From positions 20,823-84,822 of the forward strand of contig JBNKTL010000022.1 of assembly GCA_050298055.1 (NCBI GenBank): a stretch of 64,000 nucleotides of DNA, given 5' to 3'. Both the position numbers and the translations under genes were made by a program. The DNA comes from Spirochaetota bacterium (lineage in GTDB: Bacteria > Spirochaetota > UBA4802 > UBA5550). Positions 39,877 through 50,392 of this stretch are shown here, piece by piece (the stretch's first letter is position 1; the number at the start of each line of letters is the position of its first letter). The notes under the pieces are model-generated. The model searched no databases and was not told the origin of the DNA. It saw only the letters and a program-made list of their open reading frames with translations.

Positions 39877-40629
39877 ATGTATCCAATTCTCTTCAACTAT
39901 AAATTTATCACAATAGGCGGTTACGGGCTGATGCTCGGCATAGGTTTTTACGGTGCCTTTCTCCTCATGGAGAGGGAACTGGGACTTATGGGCAAAAATC
40001 CCGAGCTGGCGTATAAAATCCTTCTCGGCGCAATACCCAGCGGAATTATCGGTTCAAAGTTGTTCCATATCCTGGAACATATTGACCAGTTCCTGAGTAA
40101 TCCCCGGGACATGATCTTCTCGGGAGCGGGACTCTCAGCTTACGGCGGCTTTGTGATGGCATTTATTGTTTCCTTTTTCATTATCAAACTGAGCAAAGAA
40201 AATATAATGGAAATATACGATGCGGCGGCGATACCTATGGCATTCGGATATTCCCTGGGCAGGTTTGGCTGCCATGTAGCGGGAGATGGCGATTACGGCC
40301 TGGTTACAACGACCTTTTTCAAAACGGCCTATCCCAACGGGATTGTACCCACAACTGTAGAAGTCTTCCCTACCCCGCTCTTCGAGGTTTTCTTTTCTTT
40401 CCTTGTCCTCGCCTTTTTACTGAACCTGAGGAAACGCCATCTTGCATCAGGCCAGCTCTTCTTCACATACCTGATACTTAACGGAATACCCCGCTTCCTT
40501 GTTGAATTTATAAGGCTTAATCCCGAAGCTGCATTTAACCTTACCCAGGCCCAGATTGTCTCTATCTTCTTTGTGATTACAGGGATAATCGGAATCATCA
40601 TTGCCGGGAGAAGAAAACCTGCTCTTTAG
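39877..40629 (+). CDS. lgt: Prolipoprotein diacylglyceryl transferase
   Basis: MYP.L, YG.M, GLS.YGG, GRFGC..AGD.YG, PT.LFE and RF.VEF.R motifs. Confidence 0.93.
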   Translation: MYPILFNYKFITIGGYGLMLGIGFYGAFLLMERELGLMGKNPELAYKILLGAIPSGIIGSKLFHILEHIDQFLSNPRDMIFSGAGLSAYGGFVMAFIVSFFIIKLSKENIMEIYDAAAIPMAFGYSLGRFGCHVAGDGDYGLVTTTFFKTAYPNGIVPTTVEVFPTPLFEVFFSFLVLAFLLNLRKRHLASGQLFFTYLILNGIPRFLVEFIRLNPEAAFNLTQAQIVSIFFVITGIIGIIIAGRRKPAL

Positions 40630-40640
40630 TAACTTGAACA

Positions 40641-40771
40641 GTTACTACTTCGGCTTTATGGCTGGAATAAACTTATTTAATAAAATATCCCCGCCACCTG
40701 AGGCGGCGGGGACATATCAGTTATCTTATTTAATGAATATAATTATTTTTATATTAATCCTGAGTTGTGAC
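40641..40771 (+). mobile_element. MITE-like element, copy 6
   Basis: Ends GTTACTACTTCGGC / CCTGAGTTGTGAC, core ATATCCCCGCCACCTGAGGCGGCGGGGACATATCAGTTATC. Confidence 0.75.
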
Positions 40772-40864
40772 ACTTAAATAATCAATATACTCATGTAACA
40801 GAACAAAAGGCCGGTTTACATATTGTATATATACCATAAATGTTCAGGTATGGAGGTGGATGAT

Positions 40865-40990
40865 ATGTCAGTACATCATCATCATATGCCATGGACAGTG
40901 AAGTTAGCGGCCGGATTATTTCTATTATTCGCAGCAGAGTTGTATATCTATCTGCTTATAGCGAAATATATCCAGTCATTGCTGAATTAA
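40865..40990 (+). CDS. Small His-rich single-TM protein (41 aa)
   Basis: GGAGGT 7 nt upstream, MSVHHHHMPWTVKLAAGLFLLFAAELYIYLLIAKYIQSLLN*. Confidence 0.55.
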   Translation: MSVHHHHMPWTVKLAAGLFLLFAAELYIYLLIAKYIQSLLN

Positions 40991-41189
40991 ATTATTCGAT
41001 TAATACAGCCGTTGAACAAAGGAACTCATTAAAAAGCTGATATCTGTATCTGCCGATTATTTGTTACCCCTTCAACTGACAAGAGCACATATATCGATAA
41101 ATTGAACATAAGGAATCCTAATGTTCTTGACATATACATTTAGATAATAACATAATGTTACCGATGTTTTTCAACCAGGTATTTTTCAG

Positions 41190-42695
41190 ATGCAGATAGC
41201 CTCGATCCTTCCACTCCTGATGATGTCAATTGCATTGTATGTGGGTCTTTACAGCCTTCTCTTTTATTTAAGAGTCAGGACCGAAACATCTAATCTCTTT
41301 TTTTCCGCATCATGTTTTTCCGTTGCCGCATACGACTTCTTCTGTTCCCGGGTTTACAGTTTGCATTCCGTTACCGGGAGCGGGCTCCTCATGAAAGGAC
41401 AATTTATCAGTTTGCTGTTTATTGCTCTCTTCATGCTTCTCTATATAAAAAATATTGTTAACATGAAAGAGAAGTCCGAACTGAGAGTGATAGAGGTATT
41501 CATTTCAGCAGTGTCCGTTTTTTTATTTGTTATAATACTCAACGAACCTTTCTTTAATGAATCAATGCCGCATATCACACATATCCCGTTTCTTAATATT
41601 ACCTATACTGAAGCTAAAGCTGATCCCGTAGAAATAATGTATTCACTTTACCTTCTTTTCTTTATCATTATGATCTGGTCAAGTTATGCAATTACACGAA
41701 ACTACAGGATGGGTCTAAAGTACCTGAAACCAATTCTCATTGCTATGGTAATTTTTTATATTACCGCGATCAATGATATACTGGTTGGCATGGGTATAAT
41801 ATCAAATCTCTACCTCCTTGAATACGGATTTACTCTTTTTGTTATCGGGACTGCCGTGTCCCTGCAGGGAAAGTACCTGGAGATGTATAAAAAAATTGAG
41901 AACATGAACAAAACTCTCGATGAGCAGGTAAAATTGCGAACAGGTGAACTTGTTGAGGCCAGGGACTGCCTCGAGGTGGCAAACAGCGAATACAGGGTGC
42001 TGCTGCAGGTGCTGAGCCACGACCTGACTAACAACCTGAGTTCGATTATTTCAAGCATAGAGATGATAGAAGATCATGACGCAGCCTTTGACGACCTAAA
42101 AGACGTCCTCTCCCTGTCGGCAAAAAACGCCCTTAACCTCATTGAGATTGTGAGGAACATCAGGGCAATTGATGATAAAAAAATAGAACTTAAAAATGTA
42201 AATCTTCTGGAAGCCGTAACGGAGTCTCTTGCAATAATGAATAACAGGATAGCTTCAAAGAATATTGTTCTCAACATAAACATCGATAATTCACTGAGTG
42301 TTATCGTTGAAAAAGTTTCATTTATAAACTCTGTGATGAATAATATTCTCTCCAATGCAATAAAATTCTCACCCCCGGGGAGCAGAATATTCATATCTGC
42401 GGCAAATTGCACAAAGCAAAAAGACAACGGTCGTAATATCAAAGAAATCGAATTATCTTTTCGTGACCAGGGAATCGGCATCCCGGAAGAGGAGCTGAAG
42501 AATATCTTTCAGCTTTCCCGGACAAAAAGCCGTCTGGGCACTGAGGGGGAAACAGGAGTCGGTTACGGAATGCCGCTTGTAAACAGGTTTATAAGCCTCT
42601 ATGACGGGAAAATTAAGGTTGATTCAATTGAGAAGACCGGTCATTCAACAGACCATGGAACAACCGTCACGATGATACTCAATTCCGGGAAATGA
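41190..42695 (+). CDS. Membrane sensor histidine kinase (7TM-type input)
   Basis: About 7 TM helices, H-box LSHDL, N-box NILSNAIKFS, G1 RDQGIGI, G2 G.GYGM. TTGACA-N18-CATAAT at 41127-41156. Confidence 0.92.
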   Translation: MQIASILPLLMMSIALYVGLYSLLFYLRVRTETSNLFFSASCFSVAAYDFFCSRVYSLHSVTGSGLLMKGQFISLLFIALFMLLYIKNIVNMKEKSELRVIEVFISAVSVFLFVIILNEPFFNESMPHITHIPFLNITYTEAKADPVEIMYSLYLLFFIIMIWSSYAITRNYRMGLKYLKPILIAMVIFYITAINDILVGMGIISNLYLLEYGFTLFVIGTAVSLQGKYLEMYKKIENMNKTLDEQVKLRTGELVEARDCLEVANSEYRVLLQVLSHDLTNNLSSIISSIEMIEDHDAAFDDLKDVLSLSAKNALNLIEIVRNIRAIDDKKIELKNVNLLEAVTESLAIMNNRIASKNIVLNINIDNSLSVIVEKVSFINSVMNNILSNAIKFSPPGSRIFISAANCTKQKDNGRNIKEIELSFRDQGIGIPEEELKNIFQLSRTKSRLGTEGETGVGYGMPLVNRFISLYDGKIKVDSIEKTGHSTDHGTTVTMILNSGK

Positions 42696-42701
42696 GTTTA
42701 T

Positions 42702-42731
42702 AAAAAAGGGGCGCTCAAAACTGATGCCCCT
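42702..42731. terminator. Hairpin between the convergent kinase and rpmE genes
   Basis: AAAAAAGGGGCGCTCA...TGATGCCCCT. Confidence 0.5.
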
Positions 42732-42761
42732 CATGATACGGAATAAAATTATTCCTCTCTA

Positions 42762-42971
42762 TTATTTCTTTTTACCCAGCCCGTACTTTTTGTTGAATTT
42801 CTCTACTCTTCCCGCCGTATCAACGATTTTTTGTTTCTTTGTATAGAAGGGGTGGCAGTTCGAGCAGATCTCAACATGCATATCCTTTACCGTAGCTCTC
42901 GTTTCTATTACGTTGCCGCAGGCACATTTAATCTTGGTTTCCGTATATTCAGGATGTATTCCAGCTTTCAC
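42762..42971 (-). CDS. rpmE: 50S ribosomal protein L31 (Zn-binding type)
   Basis: [19 protein letters not shown] and GRVEKF motifs. Confidence 0.97.
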   Translation of the reverse strand: MKAGIHPEYTETKIKCACGNVIETRATVKDMHVEICSNCHPFYTKKQKIVDTAGRVEKFNKKYGLGKKK

Positions 42972-42990
42972 TTTTTATTCTCCTTTTTAA

Positions 42991-44448
42991 TTATGAATTC
43001 ATCAGCTTGAAAAAGGCCTTGTTATTTTTTGTAGACCTCATCTTATCAATCATGAGTTCCATGGCCTCAGTTGAGCTCATGGACGCCAGTGCTTTCCTTA
43101 AGACCCATAATTTATTAAGTTCATCTTCGTCAAGCAGTAATTCCTCTTTTCTTGTACCGGATTTATTAATATCTATCGCAGGGAAGATCCTCCTGTCTGC
43201 CAGCTTCCTGTCAAGGACAAGTTCACTGTTGCCGGTACCTTTGAACTCCTCGAAGATAACCTCGTCCATCCTGCTGCCGGTATCAATAAGTGCCGTTGAG
43301 AGGATAGTCAGGCTTCCTCCCTCCTCAATATTTCTTGCCGCTCCGAAAAATCTCTTCGGCTTGTGAAGGGCATTTGAATCAACACCACCGGAGAGGATCT
43401 TACCGCTTGCCGGAACAACCTGGTTATATGCCCGCGCCAGCCTGGTTATTGAATCAAGAAGGATAACAACATCCATTTTCCTCTCTACCAGTCTCCTGGC
43501 CTTCTGAATGACCATCTCCGCGACCTGAACATGGCGTGCGGCAGGCTCATCAAATGTTGAGGACACAACCTCCCCATTTACCGATCTCTGCATATCGGTC
43601 ACTTCCTCGGGTCTTTCGTCAATAAGCAGGACAATAAGATAGACTTCCGGGTGGTTTGTTGTTATTGAATTTGCTATTTTCTGGAGAAGGATGGTTTTTC
43701 CTGTTCTCGGCGGAGCAACAATAAGCGCCCTCTGACCCTTTCCAATAGGCGTTATGAGGTTCATGATCCTCATTTCAATACCCTTGCTTTCAACCTCAAG
43801 GACAAGCCTTTCATCGGGATAGAGAGGAGTCAGGTTATCGAAGTGAAGTCTCTGTCTCAGGTTATCCGGGTTCTCAAAGTTTACAGCTTCAATCCTGAGC
43901 AGGGCGTAAAATCTCTCGTTGTCCTTGGGAGGCCTTATCTGCCCGGCAATTGTATCGCCGGTTTTCAGTCCAAAGAGTCTTATCTGTGAAGGGGAAACAT
44001 AGATGTCATCCGGACCGGGAAGGTAGTTATAATTCGGTGATCTCAGAAAGCCGTATCCGTCATTCAGTATCTCCAGAACACCGCTGGAAAAGATCAGACC
44101 CTTTTTCTCGGTCTGTGTTTTAAGTATCTCGAAGATCAGGTCCTGCTTTTTCAGTCCGGAAGACCTCTCAACACCCATATCACGGCTGATCACCATCAAC
44201 TCGCCTACACTTTTTGCCTTAAGTTCCGCAAGATCAAGTTTGTTCTCAGAATTTTCAGATCCGTTATAGGTACCGTTTACATCCTGGTTTTCCTGTTCCC
44301 TTATTTTTCCGTTTCCATTTCCGTTTCCTCTGCCATTACTGTTGGTCTTTTCCGCAGCGGATGTGTTCTTGCTGATTTTACTTTTTACAGCAGATTCACC
44401 ATTTTTACTCCGAGAAACGGGTTTTCTTGATTCTCCTGTTTTTGTCAT
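42991..44448 (-). CDS. rho: Transcription termination factor Rho
   Basis: [37 protein letters not shown] and FEEFKGTGN motifs, plus a low-complexity N-terminal extension. Confidence 0.98.
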   Translation of the reverse strand: MTKTGESRKPVSRSKNGESAVKSKISKNTSAAEKTNSNGRGNGNGNGKIREQENQDVNGTYNGSENSENKLDLAELKAKSVGELMVISRDMGVERSSGLKKQDLIFEILKTQTEKKGLIFSSGVLEILNDGYGFLRSPNYNYLPGPDDIYVSPSQIRLFGLKTGDTIAGQIRPPKDNERFYALLRIEAVNFENPDNLRQRLHFDNLTPLYPDERLVLEVESKGIEMRIMNLITPIGKGQRALIVAPPRTGKTILLQKIANSITTNHPEVYLIVLLIDERPEEVTDMQRSVNGEVVSSTFDEPAARHVQVAEMVIQKARRLVERKMDVVILLDSITRLARAYNQVVPASGKILSGGVDSNALHKPKRFFGAARNIEEGGSLTILSTALIDTGSRMDEVIFEEFKGTGNSELVLDRKLADRRIFPAIDINKSGTRKEELLLDEDELNKLWVLRKALASMSSTEAMELMIDKMRSTKNNKAFFKLMNS

Positions 44449-44940
44449 GGATAAACCTTGTTTTTTAAATTTTTTTTTACTGCTTAACTAAACAATAAAA
44501 TAACATTCATATCAACGAAAATTTTATAATTTTTCTCTCCGCTTGAGAAGCGAAAAAAACAGTTACATTTTTCATGAAACATAATTATTCATTTATTTAG
44601 CTGAGCAGTTGCTTTAATTTTATAACTACAATATATATTAATTACAAAAGATTGTAATTATTAATGCAGGATTCATTTGCTAATTTTTCAATAAAATCTG
44701 ATAGAAATATAATCGAAATTGGGTTTCTTTACCTTAAATGAGGTTTTGAGGCGATTACATATATTAAATATCTCAAACAGGTCACCATTATCCTTTGATC
44801 TATACCAATGTCAAGTAAATATGTATTTTTTTCTGGTTAAAATTTTCGTTTTTTTTATCCGGTTTTTTTATACAAAAAGGTCATTACCCAAGTCTATTCT
44901 TTGTACAGAGTTTATCATTGGAAAAAAAATTGAATTAATT

Positions 44941-45885
44941 TCAAACCTTTATCTTATATTTGCTTATTCTGGCAGCCAGTGATTTTTTACTTATTTTTAG
45001 CTCATTTGCTGCGGAAGCAATGTCACTGCCCTTATTGAGTGCAGTGACAATCAGATGCCTCTCAATGGCATCAAGAATTTCGGAGAGGGACATCCCCCCG
45101 ATATCTACTCCGGGTAAACTGAAATCGGGCGCACCTCCTTCTTTGCTGTCGCAGAAAATAAGGTACCCGACTTTCTTCCCCTTGCTCTTCATGGGAATTT
45201 TTTCATAGTATATATCCAGTTCACTGTTATAGAACAACAGGTCACTGTTATCAGGAGATGAATAGAGTTCGTTCTTTGATGAACTTTTCAGGGCCTTTTC
45301 CACATTTTCGGAGTCAACGGTACCGGTTTTAAACTTTTTCAGGTAGCTCTCCTCAAAGTGGCTGTTGTAAAACATGGTCTTCCCTCTTGTGTTAACCGCA
45401 TAAAGTGCCCGGGGTATAAACTCCAGGATAAGGTAAATCATCCACTCAAGAATCTGCTCCTCCTTCTGTTTCTCAACCTCACCGCTGCTCTCCTGTGCAC
45501 TGTCAGGTCTCTCACAAGCGGTAAAAAGCTGGAGCCTCGACCATTTCCCCATTACCTCTCCGAATATATTGATTACCACAAATTCTTTAATTTTTCCGTA
45601 AGGGAGCAGGTCATCAAGGGTTGTCTTTTTTGCAAGATGAGTAATAAATTTATCAATTTTATGACTTTTTGCTCTCTGTATGTCACTTAACTCAGATACA
45701 AGGTCCTTCTTTTCCAATACACCGATAAGAAGTCCGCGCTTGGAAACTACCGGGATAATGGGAACATCATGGATGTAAAAAAGACGGACAATATCCTCAG
45801 GTTTAACCTTATCAGGATCAAAGGGATTTTCATCAAACTCTTTAATGTTATCCCTGCTGTTTTCCCGTTTCTTTTCTTTCATCAC
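44941..45885 (-). CDS. CBS-domain protein with a PAS-like middle and a C-terminal Fis-type HTH
   Basis: IPVV...G.LIGVL...DL, and ERHLI..AL.....ASAA.EL.IS...L..RI.KY. Confidence 0.7.
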   Translation of the reverse strand: MMKEKKRENSRDNIKEFDENPFDPDKVKPEDIVRLFYIHDVPIIPVVSKRGLLIGVLEKKDLVSELSDIQRAKSHKIDKFITHLAKKTTLDDLLPYGKIKEFVVINIFGEVMGKWSRLQLFTACERPDSAQESSGEVEKQKEEQILEWMIYLILEFIPRALYAVNTRGKTMFYNSHFEESYLKKFKTGTVDSENVEKALKSSSKNELYSSPDNSDLLFYNSELDIYYEKIPMKSKGKKVGYLIFCDSKEGGAPDFSLPGVDIGGMSLSEILDAIERHLIVTALNKGSDIASAANELKISKKSLAARISKYKIKV

Positions 45886-46670
45886 AACCCGAGGACATCA
45901 TACATTGTATACATTCCCGGTCCTTTTTCAACAAGATACTCCAGGGCGGTAACGGCTCCCTGGGCAAAAATATCTCTGCTCTGCGCCCTGTGGGTGAGTT
46001 CAATTCTTTCACCCATTCCAACAAAATAAACCGTATGCTCGCCCACAATGTCACCGCCCCTCATCGCAAAGACTCCAATTTCATCACGGCTTCTCTCGTT
46101 TTCAGAAATACCTTCCCGGCCGTGGACCTCGTTACAGTCCTTGAGTTCCGGGATGCTCTCTTTAATAGTGCTCAGAAGCTTCCTGGCCGTTCCTGAAGGG
46201 GCATCTTTTTTAAAACGGTGGTGAGCTTCCAGGACCTCAATATCAAACCTGTTGCCAAGCGCCCGGGAAGCCATCTCAGTAAGTTTGAAGAGAAGATTGA
46301 CTGCCATGGACATATTCGGCGACATGATGACAGGGACTTTTTCCGATACTTTAAGGACCCTCTCAGTCTGCAATTCGTCCAGGCCGGTGGTTCCGATAAC
46401 CAGGGGTTTGGGATTTTTTGTTATGGCGTCAATAAGCTTCATGGTTACGGCAGGGAGGGAAAAATCTATGACACCGTCAACGCTGTCAAGATTTTCCGCT
46501 GAAATCTCGCTCACCTTCATGTGAGAGTTGTTGAGGTGGGGTATATCCTGTTCATTAACTTCATCCCTGATATTGTCGAATCCCACAGTGACTTCATGCC
46601 CCCTTTCGGTGGATTCTCTGAGTACCATTCCTCCCATTCGCCCGAGGATCCCGCATATTCCAATATTCAT
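45882..46670 (-). CDS. dapB: 4-hydroxy-tetrahydrodipicolinate reductase
   Basis: G..GRMG, IDFS, IGTTG, E.HHRFKKDAPSGTA and RGGD.VGEH motifs. Confidence 0.97.
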   Translation of the reverse strand: MNIGICGILGRMGGMVLRESTERGHEVTVGFDNIRDEVNEQDIPHLNNSHMKVSEISAENLDSVDGVIDFSLPAVTMKLIDAITKNPKPLVIGTTGLDELQTERVLKVSEKVPVIMSPNMSMAVNLLFKLTEMASRALGNRFDIEVLEAHHRFKKDAPSGTARKLLSTIKESIPELKDCNEVHGREGISENERSRDEIGVFAMRGGDIVGEHTVYFVGMGERIELTHRAQSRDIFAQGAVTALEYLVEKGPGMYTMYDVLGL

Positions 46671-47548
46671 GAAAAATTAACCCCGTAATCAGAAAATAAC
46701 TTTTTCAGCACCTTCCTTTTCTCTTCTCCCAGAACTGTCATTGGCAGTCTCATCTCCGGACCGCAGTAACCGGCCATCTCCATGACGGCCTTTATGGGGA
46801 TAGGGTTCGTCTCAAGAAAAATACCGCGGCAGAGGGGAAGCAGTTTATAGAAGAGCATTCTCGCTTCATCAACATTTCCCTCGGCGTAGAGTGTTATGAC
46901 CTTCTTCAAATCCGCAGGCAGAATGTTCCCGAGGACGGATATTATCCCGCTGCCTCCGATAGAAAGTACAGGCAGCAGAAGATTGTCATCCCCCGAAAGA
47001 AGTGTCAGTTTTTCCCCGCACAACTCAAGGAGCTGCATCATCTGGTTAAGGTCCCCGGAAGCCTCTTTCATTGAGACAACATTATCAACCCTGTTGAGGA
47101 GTTCCTTAACACTTTCAGGGAGAAAATTTACGGAAGTCCTGCCGGGAATATTATAAAGAATAACCGGAATTTTTATGGACCTGGCTACTGCTTCAAAATG
47201 CCTGATCAGTCCATCCTGTGTGGGTTTATTATAGTAAGGATTGACAGAAAGTATTCCGTCAACACCGGAATCTTCGGCTGATTTTGACAGGTGCATCGCT
47301 TCATGGGTTGAATTTGCCCCGGTCCCGGCAACCACCTTAATCCTTCCGGCAACAATCTCCACAACCCGTTTGATGATTTCTTTATGTTCTTCAAAGGAAA
47401 CAGTGGGGGATTCACCGGTGGTTCCCATTGGTATGACCCCGTCAACACCGTTTTCTATCTGCATTTCAATTATCTTCCGGAGGGAGTCGTAATCAATCTT
47501 TCCTTCTCTGAAAGGTGTTATCAGTGCCGTATAAAGTCCTTTAAACAT
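46667..47548 (-). CDS. dapA: 4-hydroxy-tetrahydrodipicolinate synthase
   Basis: GTTGES, PYYNKP, YNIPGRT, KEASG, SGDD and ETNPIP motifs. Confidence 0.97.
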   Translation of the reverse strand: MFKGLYTALITPFREGKIDYDSLRKIIEMQIENGVDGVIPMGTTGESPTVSFEEHKEIIKRVVEIVAGRIKVVAGTGANSTHEAMHLSKSAEDSGVDGILSVNPYYNKPTQDGLIRHFEAVARSIKIPVILYNIPGRTSVNFLPESVKELLNRVDNVVSMKEASGDLNQMMQLLELCGEKLTLLSGDDNLLLPVLSIGGSGIISVLGNILPADLKKVITLYAEGNVDEARMLFYKLLPLCRGIFLETNPIPIKAVMEMAGYCGPEMRLPMTVLGEEKRKVLKKLFSDYGVNFS

Positions 47549-47569
47549 CTTACCCTCTCTCTTTTTCAA

Positions 47570-47923
47570 TCATTTCTTCACGGATATTATACTGAACAGT
47601 TCATCCTTAAACTTCTTTATACTGAACTTCTTTTCAGGAAAATCATCTTCAAACAGATAGAGAAGCCGTACTCTCTCCCCTTTGAGCTTACCCGCTGATT
47701 CAAGATATGCTTCGGCTTTGATCCAGTTATCGTCATATGTTATTATGATCATAACCGTGTCACCCGCTTTCAGGGATTTGCCGCCAATTTTCACATCGTT
47801 TTTTAACGTATAAACACTTTTTTCAAGAACATTAATTTCCGGGACCTGTTCATCCTTGATGAATGAACTGCACGAAAAAGTTAAAATAAGTATTAAGCAT
47901 AAAAGGAGATTAGTTTTTTTCAT
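47570..47923 (-). CDS. Hypothetical lipoprotein
   Basis: MKK followed by a hydrophobic stretch and TFSC lipobox. Confidence 0.7.
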   Translation of the reverse strand: MKKTNLLLCLILILTFSCSSFIKDEQVPEINVLEKSVYTLKNDVKIGGKSLKAGDTVMIIITYDDNWIKAEAYLESAGKLKGERVRLLYLFEDDFPEKKFSIKKFKDELFSIISVKK

Positions 47924-47946
47924 TGTCTTCCATTAGTTTAATTAAT

Positions 47947-48086
47947 GTGACTACTTAACCGCATGATAAAATATACATATTTAGCAGAATAACAACCATG
48001 TATCCCCGCCGCCAAAGGCGGAGGGGACACATCAGTTTTCTTTTATCCATTAACATGTCTATTTATATACATTGCTGAGTAGTAAC
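47947..48086 (+). mobile_element. MITE-like element, copy 7
   Basis: Ends GTGACTACTTAAC / GCTGAGTAGTAAC, core ATGTATCCCCGCCGCCAAAGGCGGAGGGGACACATCAGTT. Confidence 0.75.
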
Positions 48087-48196
48087 TCGTTATAAAAATT
48101 TAACAACAGGATGAGATTTTGATATCCCCCCACTGTCAAGAATATTTTGTTTTGCCTTTCATCCCCGGTTTCCCGGGTACCTTCCCGGCAGAATCA

Positions 48197-48622
48197 TTAC
48201 GGTGTATTATTTAACTCTTTATGGTAGGCAACACCCTCACCGCTGGCAATAAGCCTTTTATCGGAACCTTTAACTTCAATCTTCCAGACACTGAGCTTCC
48301 TGGCAATATTGACAGGAACAGCTTCCGATATAATCTTCTCACCTTCATGTGCCGCAGAGACATAGTTGATATTGAAGTTTACAGCTACAGCTGATACACC
48401 TGTAGAATTTGACGCCACCGCAAAGGACTGGTCAGCAAGGGCAAAGACCATGGCGCCATGTACCCTGTCAACGGCATTAAGATGATTGGGCATAACCGTA
48501 ATTGAACACCGTGCGTACGCTTCTCTCACCTCTTCAACCTGAATGCCGAGGTAAGAAGCCATGGGATCATTCCCGACTATATTTTTTGCATATTCAACGG
48601 AATCGGCATCTTTATCATTCAT
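48197..48622 (-). CDS. PaaI-family hotdog thioesterase
   Basis: GGAGGAG RBS, HLN....VHGA..F.LAD..F..ASN. Confidence 0.9.
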   Translation of the reverse strand: MNDKDADSVEYAKNIVGNDPMASYLGIQVEEVREAYARCSITVMPNHLNAVDRVHGAMVFALADQSFAVASNSTGVSAVAVNFNINYVSAAHEGEKIISEAVPVNIARKLSVWKIEVKGSDKRLIASGEGVAYHKELNNTP

Positions 48623-48752
48623 TTCTCCTCCATGCCCATTAACAGCTTTTTTTATAATGACCCGGCTATATGGTTTAAAACACACATAACAATAAAAACA
48701 TTAAACTCAATATTATTGCCACATAATATTTACGTCAAGATTATTTCTTAAG

Positions 48753-49007
48753 TCAAGACAGGCAGCAGATTTTACAATTTATCCTGTTGATCTCTCTTTC
48801 CAGATGACGTATCCGCTTTGAGATATCCGCCTGTTTTTTTTTCAGCTTTCCATAAGACCCGTCTTTCCTTATTTCAGCCCGGGTCAGTCCCTTTTCAAGA
48901 AAAGCGTTCCTGAGGTTCAACCTCTCATCCCTTATTTCCCGCCACTCCCCTCTCAACCGGTCCCTGCGGCTTATCATTTTTTTGATCCTGATATCTTCCT
49001 CTTTCAT
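48753..49007 (-). CDS. Hypothetical basic coiled-coil protein
   Basis: 84-aa Arg/Lys-rich ORF, co-oriented with its neighbours. Confidence 0.5.
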   Translation of the reverse strand: MKEEDIRIKKMISRRDRLRGEWREIRDERLNLRNAFLEKGLTRAEIRKDGSYGKLKKKQADISKRIRHLEREINRINCKICCLS

Positions 49008-49039
49008 AAATTTTGCATATCTACCACAGGAGTTATAAT

Positions 49040-49112
49040 AGTTTCGAGTTACAGGTTTCGAGTTTCGAGTTCTTTTCCAGAGCCTTCAACTTGTAACTTG
49101 TAACTCGGAACT
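49040..49112. repeat. Inverted heptamer arrays (AGTTnnn)n / (nnnAACT)n
   Basis: AGTTTCG AGTTACA GGTTTCG AGTTTCG AGTT ... AACTTGT AACTTGT AACTCGG AACT. Confidence 0.75.
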
Positions 49113-49117
49113 TTCTT

Positions 49118-50161
49118 TTAACCGATAAGTTTTACCAGTTCCCGGCAGTTTTCTTCGATTGTGCCGTTTTTATAGAGGGCGGATATCATGGCCGCGCTGT
49201 CCGCACCCTTTTCAAACACAGAATGAATATTATCAACGGTAATACCGCCGATTGCCACTACCGGAATGTCCGATGCCTCCTTAACTGTTTTTATTGAATC
49301 TGTACCGATCCCTCTGATCAATTCACCATTTTTACTCTCAGTATCGAAGAGAGGACCCAGTGCAATATAATCGGGAGCATCCTTCAAGGCATCCGCTGCC
49401 TGTCCGGGTGAATGTGTTGATATACCGATGATCATGTCCCCCGGAAGGACCTTCCGGGCTTCACTGAGGGGAATATCATCCTGTCCCAGGTGGAGCCCGT
49501 CTGCCCCGGCCAGGAGAGCAATATCAGGATAGTCATTCACTATGAAGAGAGTTTCACTGTTCTCACAGATCTTTGACAGCTCCCTGGCAGTTTCCAGGAT
49601 ACGGGAAGCAGGTTCTCCCTTCATGCGAAGCTGAATAACCGAAGCGCCTCCCCTGATCATTCTCTCCGCGGTTTCCGAATATGAGAGAGTGCCGATAAAT
49701 ACCGCATCAAGAATCGCGTAGAGGGGCCCTTTCAGTCTCTCCCGTCTCTCTCTCCCGGAAAGTTTCAGGACAAACTGCTTTTCATATTCATAAAGCCTGA
49801 ACCTCATCTCCTGCAGAAGAGCTGAACTTCCCTCACTCAGGGTCTTCGAAGTCTCTTCCAGCACACGGACAGCCTCAATGATCCGGTGAATGTTCGCGGA
49901 ATATATCTCCTGCACGGAATTCCGCTCCATTTCACTCCCGGTGTTAATGAACTTCTGGGCGTCCCCCTCCACATCCCTGCTCCGGAGGAGAGCAAGAGGA
50001 GGAAAACTCTCCGAATAGCTTTTCAGGCTGTGTCTCATCTTTTTGAATTCCAGCGAGAGATCAGAGTCCAGGAGGAACCTGAGTATATCTTCACACACCC
50101 TGATCCCCTCCATGGCACGGTTTATGTTGGCGTCGATAATCCTGTAGACCGAACTTTCCAT
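49118..50161 (-). CDS. thiE: Thiamine-phosphate synthase with an N-terminal ThiD2-like extension
   Basis: RIIDAN.NR..EG.RV.ED, QLRMK, FIVND, GLHLGQDD, G.STHS and AIGGI motifs. Confidence 0.93.
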   Translation of the reverse strand: MESSVYRIIDANINRAMEGIRVCEDILRFLLDSDLSLEFKKMRHSLKSYSESFPPLALLRSRDVEGDAQKFINTGSEMERNSVQEIYSANIHRIIEAVRVLEETSKTLSEGSSALLQEMRFRLYEYEKQFVLKLSGRERRERLKGPLYAILDAVFIGTLSYSETAERMIRGGASVIQLRMKGEPASRILETARELSKICENSETLFIVNDYPDIALLAGADGLHLGQDDIPLSEARKVLPGDMIIGISTHSPGQAADALKDAPDYIALGPLFDTESKNGELIRGIGTDSIKTVKEASDIPVVAIGGITVDNIHSVFEKGADSAAMISALYKNGTIEENCRELVKLIG

Positions 50162-50176
50162 GGGAACAGGACCTTC

Positions 50177-50392
50177 CTATCCGCCGCCCACAAAGGTCAC
50201 GATCTCAAGCCTGTCTCCTTCACAGACCGCTATGCTTTTATATTTTTCCCTGTGGACGATCTCACCGTTCCGCTCAACGGCGATCCTCCCGGGGTTGAGT
50301 TTATACTCTTTCAGGAGATCATCTATACTCGTTCCGTTAAATTCGGCGCTTTTCCCGTTAAGTGTGATTTTCAATCTCTTCTCCAAATTCAT
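50177..50392 (-). CDS. thiS: Sulfur carrier protein ThiS
   Basis: AVERNGEIV and GD.LEIVTFVGGG C-terminus. Confidence 0.95.
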   Translation of the reverse strand: MNLEKRLKITLNGKSAEFNGTSIDDLLKEYKLNPGRIAVERNGEIVHREKYKSIAVCEGDRLEIVTFVGGG

